A stretch of DNA of 56,617 nt, filler included, from a bacterium (lineage in GTDB: Bacteria; UBA9089; CG2-30-40-21; SBAY01), in NCBI GenBank assembly GCA_040757115.1. It is 3 parts of 3 records of this genome, joined end to end, with 100 filler letters (N's around TTAATTAATTAA, not from the genome) between each part and the next. Parts side by side here need not be neighbours in the genome. Positions count along the whole stretch, not along the records: positions 1 to 18,820 come from JBFLYA010000063.1; 2 more parts are not named here. One strand, given 5' to 3'. Of this stretch, positions 1-7,941 are shown piece by piece. The translations under genes and the position numbers were made by a program. The notes under the pieces are model-generated. The model ran no database searches and was not told the DNA's origin. It worked only from the letters and a program-made list of their open reading frames with translations. Every line of letters begins with the position of its first letter. Position 1 is the first letter of the stretch.

Positions 1-126
1 TAGCATAAATAAAATATTCTGTCAAGAAAAATTTTAATATCAAAATTAGAAAATACTGAAAAATAACATCCTGGTATTATACTGCCTATTAGCGGTTTTT
101 ATTTTACTGCATTATAAATTTTTTTC

Positions 127-155
127 TTGCAATTATCCCATAAATAGTGTATTAT
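127..155 (+). promoter_or_regulatory. putative sigma70 promoter of intI
   Basis: TTGCAA(127-132)-N17-TATTAT(150-155), 45 bp upstream of the ATG at 201. Confidence 0.45.
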
Positions 156-200
156 TATTATAATATTGAATTTAGAAAATACTGAAAGTGAGGATATCAG

Positions 201-1387
201 ATGAATCTTCTGGAACAAGTTAGTGATGTTATGCGGAAAAAACATTACTCAATTCGTACTGAACAAACTTATGTAGAGTGGGTAAAGCGATTTGTACTTT
301 TTCATAACAAAAAGCATCCAAAATATATGGGAGAGAAGGAAATTTCGCAGTATCTTTCTTACCTGGCAACTAAACAGAATGTTTCTGCAAGTACACAAAA
401 TCAAGCTCTTAATGCTATTGTCTTCCTCTATAAACATGTTCTTGAAATTGAATTGGGTGACTTTGGTCATATAGAGCGAGCTAAGAAACCAGAGAGGCTA
501 CCGGTAGTGATGGATAAGGCAGAAGTAAATCGTGTTTTATCAGTAATCTCAGGTACCTATGGGTTGATGGCAAAGCTCATTTATGGTTGTGGACTACGAC
601 TTATGGAATGTATCCGTTTGCGAGTTAAGGATATTGATTTTGCCCGGAATCAAGTGATTGTGCGAGATGGAAAAGGGATGAAGGATAGAGCGGTTATTAA
701 CTGGAAGTTTACATAGGATAATACCCATAAATAAGGCATGAGAATAATCGTTCCGTTAGGAACATAATATCGGTAGGAATAGATAGACAAATCAATCAGT
801 TCCGTAGGAACGATATATTGGTAGAAAATTTAATTCTAAGTAAAGTTTTGAATAATAACTGCTATAGAGTAACTATGCTACCGGAAAGTTTAAAACCATT
901 GCTATCAGAACATCTAAAACGGGTTAAGGTATTGCATGAACAAAACCTCAAGAATGGTGTTGGAGAGGTACATCTGCCTTTTGCGTTAGAGCGGAAATAT
1001 CCTAATGCAGGTAAAGAATGGGGTTGGCAATATGTTTTCCCATCAAAGAAGATATCTAAAGACCCGCGTAGTGACAAGATGCGTCGGCATCATGTTAATG
1101 AAAGTGGGCTGCAAAGAGCAATCTATAGTACTGCTCGTGCAGTTGGTCTTTCAAAACCAGTTAGCCCTCATACATTTCGACATAGCTTTGCTACACACTT
1201 ACTGGAGGCAGGGTATGATATCCGAACAGTACAGGAATTGCTTGGTCATAAGGATGTATCCACTACAATGATTTATACACATGTTATCAATAAAGGTGGG
1301 ATGGGAGTACAAAGTCCACTGGATATGTTAAATGATTTCTTAAACTGTGGATATTGTTGGAAACCCTATGTAACGCTCTCAACTTAA
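201..1387 (+). pseudogene. intI: integron integrase interrupted by a MITE
   Basis: ORF 201-716 has [39 protein letters not shown] 818-1387 has the IntI-specific [24 protein letters not shown] insert plus [12 protein letters not shown] and LGH..TTMIYTH; removing 179 bp restores KDRVTMLP and a 335-aa frame. Confidence 0.95.
689..863. mobile_element. 175-bp MITE inside intI
   Basis: Inverted termini AGCGGTTATTA (689-699) / TAATAACTGCT (853-863); ATAG duplicated at 685-688 and 864-867; two internal GTTCCGT(T)AGGAAC hairpin units. Confidence 0.85.
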
Positions 1388-1390
1388 ACC

Positions 1391-1449
1391 GTCTAATGAT
1401 AGAGTTGAGCGGCGTGCGTTAGCACGTCCGCTCCAACAATTTGTTAGGA
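1391..1449 (-). other. attC site (terminal; R' core is ATT rather than GTT)
   Basis: Minus strand TCCTAAC-aaatt-GTTGGAGCGG..CCGCTCAAC-tctatc-ATTAGAC, immediately after the stop of 1454-1663. Confidence 0.8.
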
Positions 1450-1453
1450 GGTA

Positions 1454-1663
1454 TTATAAGTCTATTTGTGAAGTATCAATATCAAATATTTCTTTGAATC
1501 CTTTTTTGCCTTTTTCTGTAACATCAAATACTGTCTTTTTACCTTCTTTTGGGCTTATCCATTCCATTTCGATTAAGCGTTTGAATAATATAGGTGCAAG
1601 TTTTCCTCCTAAATGCTCGAAGCATTTACCTACAGCAGGTAATTTCCATTTTGTTTTAGCCAT
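1454..1663 (-). CDS. small winged-helix-like protein (cassette gene)
   Basis: 69 aa; CFEHLGGKL..LF.RL...WI and VTEKG resemble the C-terminal module of some ArsR-family regulators. Confidence 0.65.
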   Translation of the reverse strand: MAKTKWKLPAVGKCFEHLGGKLAPILFKRLIEMEWISPKEGKKTVFDVTEKGKKGFKEIFDIDTSQIDL

Positions 1664-1672
1664 TTCTTCGTC

Positions 1673-2026
1673 TCACTTTTTTCTTTTAATTGATTGACGC
1701 TTATATTGAGCCATATTTTCAGCATGCCCTTGTATTCCCATTTCACGAATTTGTTGAATACATGATGCTCTGTCAGATTTGAATATTAAACCGAAGATTT
1801 TAGAAAAAATATTGTTAAACTTTTTGCACTCATTAGGATTCGTAAATTCTTTACAGTCAGCACATGATGAGTATTGATTCTCAATACAGCATGATCTAAT
1901 TTTGCACCATGACGCTTTTTGGTTATCGTGGCAAGCTGGGCATTTATCTCTAAGATACGCCCCGCAGTCACCACAATAAAGACCACAATATGCTACCAAA
2001 TTTTGATTGGCCACAATTTCTTTCAT
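1673..2026 (-). CDS. Cys-rich DUF3795-like protein (cassette gene)
   Basis: AYCGLYCGDC..CPAC..CKIRSCC..CADC..C pattern; start moved to MKEIV because the longer ORF runs into the attC. Confidence 0.8.
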   Translation of the reverse strand: MKEIVANQNLVAYCGLYCGDCGAYLRDKCPACHDNQKASWCKIRSCCIENQYSSCADCKEFTNPNECKKFNNIFSKIFGLIFKSDRASCIQQIREMGIQGHAENMAQYKRQSIKRKK

Positions 2027-2043
2027 TTTATTCTCTCTGAGAA

Positions 2044-2175
2044 ACCTAACACTGAATTCAGCGGCGGCGGGGAGAATTGCCACTAAACTTTGTAAACATG
2101 ATTACCCCTTGAGATACTACAAAACTTTCAATCACGGCACAGTCTCCCGCCGTCCGCTGCAACGAATTGTTAGGT
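2044..2175 (-). other. attC site
   Basis: Minus strand ACCTAAC-aattc-GTTGCAGCGG...CCGCTGAAT-tcagt-GTTAGGT: canonical R''/L''/L'/R' with an extrahelical base. Confidence 0.9.
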
Positions 2176-2180
2176 CAATA

Positions 2181-2355
2181 GTAACTATTCACCACGAAGA
2201 GCACGAAGGACACGAAGATGTTACAGAACAAATCTCTTTATGCCTTCTTTCAATCTTTCCACATTGAAATTTATCAACAAGCCAACTTTAATATTTGCTA
2301 ACTTTATTAGATATTTCATCAAATTTCACTTCGTGTTCTCCCTGCCCTTCATGGT
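2181..2355 (-). pseudogene. internally deleted GxxExxY gene with flanking repeats, filling the first cassette
   Basis: VKFDEISNKV start fused to KVGLLINFNVERLKEGIKRFVL* end; CACGAAG repeats and a GTAACTATTCAC terminus. Confidence 0.7.
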
Positions 2356-2368
2356 TTAATCTCTTTTA

Positions 2369-2387
2369 GTCTAACAAGTTATTATAC
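2369..2387 (-). other. putative attI simple site
   Basis: Minus strand GTATAAT-aactt-GTTAGAC (L box, 5-nt spacer, GTTRRRY core), no hairpin, at the head of the attC array. Confidence 0.65.
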
Positions 2388-2408
2388 AGTTTTTCTGTAT
2401 TTTGTCCT

Positions 2409-2437
2409 ACTTTATCACAATTGCCTCAAATTGTCAA
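2409..2437 (-). promoter_or_regulatory. putative Pc cassette promoter
   Basis: TTGACA-N17-TAAAGT pointing into attI and the cassettes. Confidence 0.6.
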
Positions 2438-2565
2438 GAAAAGTATTGACAAAACGACAACTTTTGTATAATTCAACTGGCTAATCATACTTTTTGGGGT
2501 GTTATACAGAAAGAGGTTAATACCAGATAATTAATATACCAATGGATGTGTTCCTCCTGAAAATA

Positions 2566-2829
2566 TCCGCAAGATTTTACCGCAGAGGACACAGATTTTT
2601 TTCTAAAAATAGATTTGGAGTGCAATGACCGTGTTATTATTGCATCATCACGGATGATGCACTCCATATTTTCATTCTCCTCGTGTTCACTTTCTGTGGA
2701 CATAAAGCGTTTTCTCTGAAAATTGGGGTTTGGATTTCGGGGTTAGGGGATTTTTTTATTTCCGAATCCCGAAACCCCAATCACGAATCCCTTTATTTCT
2801 GCGTTTCATCTGCGGTAAAATCTTGCGGA
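2566..2829. mobile_element. MITE-like element with 21-bp inverted ends
   Basis: TCCGCAAGATTTTACCGCAGA (2566-2586) and its exact reverse complement (2809-2829); internal 7-mer inverted arrays. Confidence 0.65.
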
Positions 2830-2872
2830 ATACATTAAATCTTACAGAATCCTCCACACTGTAGCACGCTAA

Positions 2873-3118
2873 TAGAGTTTTGCAAAACCAGGAAACTGTA
2901 GTTTTTAAGCAGGTATTTAAAACCTCTATTTTTATCAATTTCCTCCAAAGTTCAAAATGCAAAACTCGTTTATAGTTTATAGTTTATAGTTGATAGTTTA
3001 TGGTCTATAATAAACTATCAACTATAAACTATAAACTTGAAATTTGATTTGTAATTTTGCATTTTGATATTTAATATTTATTTGTTGTCTCCCCCAAATC
3101 CTATTTTGCAGAACGCTG
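2873..3118. mobile_element. MITE-like element with flanking direct repeat
   Basis: Imperfect inverted ends TAGAGTTTTGCAAAA / TTTTGCAGAACGCTG; TAGCACGCTAA on both sides; internal (TTTATAG)n and (CTATAAA)n arrays. Confidence 0.65.
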
Positions 3119-3157
3119 TAGCACGCTAAACATATACGGTTAGATTAACCATACCGA

Positions 3158-3781
3158 TTAAAATTGAGTTAGTGACCGCGCATTTAGTTCTTCCCACACC
3201 ATTTTCACCTTTTCTGCCACCCTTTTTTTAGAGCAGTCAGTATCAATCACAAAATCCGTTAATCTAACCTTTTCGGAAAGAGGTAATTGGGCAAAAATTC
3301 TCTTTTTAGCCCCATCTATCTCTAAATTATCCCGTTTCATCCCCCGCTTAATTTGTGTTGCCTCTGATGCCGTGACAACTATTATCTTATTTACCAGCGA
3401 AACCATGTTTGCCTCGATAAGTAACGGGGCATTGATAATGATTATTTTATTTGGTGTGGTATTTTGTATCCTTTCTATTTCTTCTTTTATTTTCTGGATA
3501 ATAGGGGGATGAGTGATTTCGTTTAATTTTCGTAGATAAGTCTCATTGTTAAAAGCCAAATCAGCGAGTCTGGTTCGATTAAGTGTTAAATCCTTATTTA
3601 GAATTTTTGCCCCAAAGTATTCCTTTAGATTTTGCCAGACTGGAGAATTTGGGGCAACAACCTCTCTGGCTATTTTATCGGCATCGATAATTACTGCCCC
3701 AAGGGATTGAAATATTTTGGTAACAGTAGTTTTTCCGGTAGCAAATCCGCCGGTCAACCCTACAATAAGATTTTTATTCAT
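3158..3781 (-). CDS. coaE: dephospho-CoA kinase
   Basis: GLTGGFATGKTT P-loop, IDADKIAREVV, LNEITHP, PLLIE. Confidence 0.95.
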   Translation of the reverse strand: MNKNLIVGLTGGFATGKTTVTKIFQSLGAVIIDADKIAREVVAPNSPVWQNLKEYFGAKILNKDLTLNRTRLADLAFNNETYLRKLNEITHPPIIQKIKEEIERIQNTTPNKIIIINAPLLIEANMVSLVNKIIVVTASEATQIKRGMKRDNLEIDGAKKRIFAQLPLSEKVRLTDFVIDTDCSKKRVAEKVKMVWEELNARSLTQF

Positions 3782-4785
3782 TCTTTTATTTCCCTTAGAT
3801 TCTTTGCGGCGTCTTCAGGGATAACGGTATTGATATAAAATCCTGTGCCCCACTCAAATCCAGCCACATGGGTAATTCTGGGAATAACCTCAATGTGCCA
3901 GTGATAATCTTTTAAATTACCTGGAAGGGAAAAAGGTGTTGTATGAATTATATAATTATATGGAGGGTCGTTCAATAATTTCTTTAATTTTAGCAAGGAG
4001 AATTTTAGAATCTGGGCTAATGCTGGGATTTGTTCTTTATTAATAGTTTCATAAGACGCACAATGGACCTTAGGAAGGATACAAATTTCATACGGAAATC
4101 TGGAGGCATAGGGAGAAAAGGTAATGAAATGTTCGTTCTCCATTACCAATCGCACATTATCTCTTATTTCCTGATGAACAATGTCACAAAAAACACACCT
4201 ATCCTTGAAATTATAATAGCTTAAAGCACCTCTAAGTTCTTCCTTCACGCGTTTTGGAACAATGGGTGTGGCAATTAATTGAGAATGGGGATGGTCTAAG
4301 CTTGCCCCAGCACTACTGCGATGATTTCTAAAGACGAGTATATATTTAAATCGAGCATCCTTTTTCAAATCAATCATTCTCTCCCGATAACTCAAAAGCA
4401 CCTTTTCAACATAATCAGTTTCTAAGTCCTCTAAACTTTTATGATGGTTTGGTGTTTCAATTACTATCTCATGTGCCCCTACGCCATTCATCATATCATA
4501 TATTCCCTCACCCTGCCTATTTAACTCTCCTTCTATGCGTAATGCAGGGAATTTATTCGGAATAGTTCTCACCCACCAACCTGGTGTATTTGGTGCAGTG
4601 CCTCGTTCACGCAGACAAAGTATTTCCGGTGGAGTTAGTGCCTCATTTCCTTCACAAAATGGACATCTTCCACTATTTATTGTGAACTCTCCTTCTGGGA
4701 CATGAAAATCAGATGGTCGTTGTGCGCGCTCCGTCGCAATTATTACCCATCTACCAATAACCGGGTCTTTTCTTAACTCTGGCAT
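3778..4785 (-). CDS. galT: galactose-1-phosphate uridylyltransferase
   Basis: ELRKDP, CPFCEGNE, NKFPAL, GASLDHPHSQ (HPH active site), GFEWGTG. Confidence 0.95.
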   Translation of the reverse strand: MPELRKDPVIGRWVIIATERAQRPSDFHVPEGEFTINSGRCPFCEGNEALTPPEILCLRERGTAPNTPGWWVRTIPNKFPALRIEGELNRQGEGIYDMMNGVGAHEIVIETPNHHKSLEDLETDYVEKVLLSYRERMIDLKKDARFKYILVFRNHRSSAGASLDHPHSQLIATPIVPKRVKEELRGALSYYNFKDRCVFCDIVHQEIRDNVRLVMENEHFITFSPYASRFPYEICILPKVHCASYETINKEQIPALAQILKFSLLKLKKLLNDPPYNYIIHTTPFSLPGNLKDYHWHIEVIPRITHVAGFEWGTGFYINTVIPEDAAKNLREIKE

Positions 4786-5192
4786 TGTTTCCTCCTTTTT
4801 ATTTCCTTTTTAATATATTTTTGAACACCCTTGATAAATTGTTGGGCATCATTTAACATATGCAGTGCCTTTTCTTTATCTGAGTTAAAAATCCTTCCAT
4901 CATCATGTAACTTTTTAAAAGTAAGATATGGTTTAACATCTTTTTTATCAATAATCCCTGATTGCAAGAAATTTAACCCAAATTCTTCAATTGGCTGTGA
5001 ATCAGTATCCGGTTCTATTTGTTTAGCGTAGAGTATGGCTCTGGCACTATGATAGACCGCATGATGCACCTTCATCATTGCCTCCGCATAATTCCCCATT
5101 TTCCACATCGTTGTGGCTAATTTTATCTTTTCTTCACCTACTTTTAATCTGACCAGAGCTTCTTCCCATAATTGTGAAGAATCCTCTCTCAT
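4773..5192 (-). CDS. HEPN-domain protein (no intact RX4-6H motif)
   Basis: Y..A....HHAVYHSARAIL helical HEPN pattern; overlaps the galT start. Confidence 0.6.
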   Translation of the reverse strand: MREDSSQLWEEALVRLKVGEEKIKLATTMWKMGNYAEAMMKVHHAVYHSARAILYAKQIEPDTDSQPIEEFGLNFLQSGIIDKKDVKPYLTFKKLHDDGRIFNSDKEKALHMLNDAQQFIKGVQKYIKKEIKRRKQCQS

Positions 5193-5193
5193 C

Positions 5194-6048
5194 TCACTTT
5201 CTAATCCTTCCTTCCCATTTTAATTTAGTCTGCAACACTTCATAAAAACTTCTCTTTTTTGGCTTAACCAATTTTATTATCTGTTTGGCAGATGTTATCT
5301 CAATCTCATCTTGCGGATTAAGTTTCACTCCTTGTTGTCCATCAATAGTCAGCATAATCTCTTCCTCATCTGATTCTACAACAATAGTGATTTTAGAAAG
5401 ATGAGGTATGACCATTGGTCGAACCGATAAGGTATGGGGACAGATAGGTGTAATGATAATTGTCTTCATTTCAGGGATAACAATAGGACCGCCCGCAGAT
5501 AATGAATAGGCGGTAGAACCTGTTGGTGTTGCCACAATTATCCCATCCCCTTGATATGTTGTCAGATATTCTGTATCAATCAGAACCTTTAAGGAAATAA
5601 CCCGGGCTAAAGTCCCTTTGGTAATCACGACATCATTTAATGCCTGATAAGATAATTTTTTAACTTTAGCCAATAACAGCATTCGTTCTTCAATGGTGAA
5701 TTTACCTTTCAGGACATCTTTAAGCGAGGAATATAATTCTTGTTGTGTAATTTCTGTAAGAAATCCCAATCCGCCAAAGTTTACCCCAACAATCGGGATT
5801 TCTTTTTCACCCATAACCTTAACTGCATGGAGCATTGTGCCATCGCCACCTAAGGCAATAACCAGGTCTGCAGTTTTTAAGGTTGCATCTGAGACTCCTA
5901 AATCTTTCTGGTTTAATCGCCGGGCAATCGTTTTTTCCATAAGTAAATTATATTTACCTTCTTGCGACAGCCACAACCTTAATTCTTCAAGGACATTTGG
6001 AGCCTCTTTTCGATTTGGGTTAATAAAAAGGGCAATTGTGTTTATCAT
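5194..6048 (-). CDS. nadK: NAD kinase
   Basis: LGGDGT, GLGFL, NDVV, GDGIIVATPTGSTAYSLSAGGP, DGQ. Confidence 0.95.
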   Translation of the reverse strand: MINTIALFINPNRKEAPNVLEELRLWLSQEGKYNLLMEKTIARRLNQKDLGVSDATLKTADLVIALGGDGTMLHAVKVMGEKEIPIVGVNFGGLGFLTEITQQELYSSLKDVLKGKFTIEERMLLLAKVKKLSYQALNDVVITKGTLARVISLKVLIDTEYLTTYQGDGIIVATPTGSTAYSLSAGGPIVIPEMKTIIITPICPHTLSVRPMVIPHLSKITIVVESDEEEIMLTIDGQQGVKLNPQDEIEITSAKQIIKLVKPKKRSFYEVLQTKLKWEGRIRK

Positions 6049-6075
6049 CTTAATATCTATTAGGGGTAAGACATT

Positions 6076-6397
6076 AGTACCTGTTTAGCGTGGTCAGAGA
6101 GCACAAATGAATGGTACTGACTTAGTGCAAAACCACTTCAAACATAACAAATTGTGTAATACAAAATCAAAAATTAAATATTAAAATGCAAAATGACATA
6201 TCAAATATCAAAAATCTTAACTTCGTATTTAATTTATTGCCTGACAAGTATTTTTGCATTTTGCTTTGTCCTTTTGATTTTTACATTTTTGATATTTGCA
6301 TTAAGCGCTTCGTGGGATATTTTACATCGGTATTCTATTATTTACCAAAGAGTTACGCCTTAAATTAGGATCATTCAGAACACGCTAAACACATACT
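6076..6397. mobile_element. MITE-like element in the nadK leader
   Basis: 17-bp imperfect inverted ends AGTACCTGTTTAGCGTG / CACGCTAAACACATACT; internal AT-rich 7-mer inverted arrays. Confidence 0.6.
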
Positions 6398-6432
6398 CAG
6401 GTTTTACCCCACCAACTCTTCCTTCTGTTTTA

Positions 6433-6461
6433 ATTATATCATACCATTTTAGATTTTGCAA
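6433..6461 (-). promoter_or_regulatory. sigma70 promoter of the nadK-galT-coaE operon
   Basis: TTGCAA-N17-TATAAT with TGn extension. Confidence 0.65.
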
Positions 6462-6540
6462 GAAGTTTTTTAGGTAAGCAGGAATTCTCGGTGAAAAATT
6501 AGATAGAGGTTCATTATTCCTTATTTTTCTCTCAAAATGT

Positions 6541-6728
6541 GTAACCGTTCAGGGGGATAATTTACCGCAGAGACACAGAGACGCAGAGAAGATATGGAAA
6601 TAAATCAGATAACATAAAAGATTATTAATGCAGACATGGAAATACATAGGACATTGTGACCAGATTTGTTAAGCGTCTCGTAAATAGATTTTAATTTTTT
6701 TCTCTGTGTCTCTGAGGTGAACAGTTAC
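6541..6728 (+). mobile_element. GTAAC/GTTAC-ended element carrying a deleted GxxExxY gene
   Basis: Ends GTAACCGTTCAG / GTGAACAGTTAC; MEINQIT*KIINADMEIHRTL*PDLL joined to KRLVNRF* (6594-6694); CAGAGAC repeats. Confidence 0.7.
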
Positions 6729-6751
6729 AATTACTTTTCTTTAATAAAAAA

Positions 6752-6869
6752 TCCCGGCAATGTCTTACTCTCCCACACCGTTACCAGTGCAGTACCATCA
6801 GCGTTAGAGGGCTTAACGACCGTATTCGGAATGGGAACGGGTGTTTCCCCTCTGCCATAATCACCGGGA
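6752..6869 (-). rRNA. rrf: 5S rRNA
   Basis: Conserved CCCGTTCCCATTCCGAATACGGTCGTTAAGC and GGGAGAGTAAGACATTGCCGGG; terminal stem. Confidence 0.97.
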
Positions 6870-6970
6870 TTTTTTTTCAATTCTATCCTGTCTATAAATT
6901 ATAAAAGATATTATTCCAAAAAAAACTACAAGCATACACATTGGTATAAGAATGGCTTCCATTTTACCTT

Positions 6971-7168
6971 TTACACTCCTTCTTTATTAGGGAATATCAA
7001 TAATGCGCATCCAAATAATAAAATAAATACTATTCCACTCCCTACTAAAAGATACATATTAACTTTTCCTGAAATAATCTGTCCCAGGATAACAATTGAA
7101 AAGATATACTCAGCAACCTTTACAATATTTTCGGCTAAAAATTTTCTCTTTTCATTTGTAATTTTCAT
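6971..7168 (-). CDS. small two-TM membrane protein
   Basis: 65 aa with two hydrophobic stretches; overlaps the upstream ORF by 4 bp. Confidence 0.65.
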   Translation of the reverse strand: MKITNEKRKFLAENIVKVAEYIFSIVILGQIISGKVNMYLLVGSGIVFILLFGCALLIFPNKEGV

Positions 7169-7410
7169 TTTATAGGTTTTTCTTTCGTCTCTATTTTCTC
7201 TTCTCTATCCTTGTCTAAAGCAAGTAATTCATTCTTTTTCTTCTCATACTCTTCTTTAGTAATTGTTCCTGCATCTACTAATTTTTTTAATTCTATAATT
7301 TCCTGGGCAATAGTAGGTTGATTATATTCCTTCGACAGAATAGAAATCTCACTTGCACATCCAGATAGTAATAACACAGATAAATTATAAATAACTATTC
7401 TCTTCCACAT
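7165..7410 (-). CDS. lipoprotein with SHOCT domain
   Basis: Lipobox LSGC; ELKKLVDAGTITKEEYEKKKNELL. Confidence 0.8.
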   Translation of the reverse strand: MWKRIVIYNLSVLLLSGCASEISILSKEYNQPTIAQEIIELKKLVDAGTITKEEYEKKKNELLALDKDREEKIETKEKPIK

Positions 7411-7419
7411 AATTAATTT

Positions 7420-7794
7420 CTAAAATTCAGTAAACTCTCTCCTTTTAAGCCCCGATAAATCAAGTGCGCCATCTTTCGGGCTCACGCTTATTTCCCATTC
7501 TTCCATAGTTAAGGCACCGATAAGTGCATCAATTTCTTTTCCATCCACTCTTCCTAAGTTATCAATTGGAACTACCTTTGTATCGAAAGCATATCCTTCC
7601 ATCTTGCCTTCCACAGCACAGTATTCCTTTACCTCTATTACTCTCCCTCCTAATGCTACTTTATAAGGTTCAGATAGCAGACGAATAGGAACACCTTCTA
7701 AGAAGTCTCTGATAATATAGGTATGCACAGAACCTGTATCAAATAGTGCATTTACCTTTCTCCCTTCTATTTCTATCTCTTTTACAATTCTCAT
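7420..7794 (-). CDS. retropepsin-like aspartic protease
   Basis: ALFDTGS catalytic motif and C-terminal ALIG. Confidence 0.85.
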   Translation of the reverse strand: MRIVKEIEIEGRKVNALFDTGSVHTYIIRDFLEGVPIRLLSEPYKVALGGRVIEVKEYCAVEGKMEGYAFDTKVVPIDNLGRVDGKEIDALIGALTMEEWEISVSPKDGALDLSGLKRREFTEF

Positions 7795-7941
7795 CTTAAT
7801 CTTCCTATTTTTAAAAATCTACATAGGATAACGATTTAAAAAATATATTCACCTACCTTTACAATATTTTCGGCTAAAAAATTCCTCTTTTCATTTTATA
7901 GATTTTTCTTTTGTCTCTCTTTGTTTGTCTTTTCTAAGACT

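Noticed and set aside
1345-1362. Possible attI at the 3' end of intI (GATATT-GTTGGAA)
   Set aside because: No convincing L box, and the neighbouring attCs and genes point the other way
2446-2472. Plus-strand TTGACA..TATAAT promoter
   Set aside because: Spacer is only 15 bp and there is no credible downstream gene
2485-2962. ORFs 2485-2703 and 2756-2962
   Set aside because: They lie within MITE-like repeats and have no protein motifs
4773-5192. HEPN gene as an active toxin
   Set aside because: No RX4-6H motif, no MNT partner, embedded in a housekeeping operon
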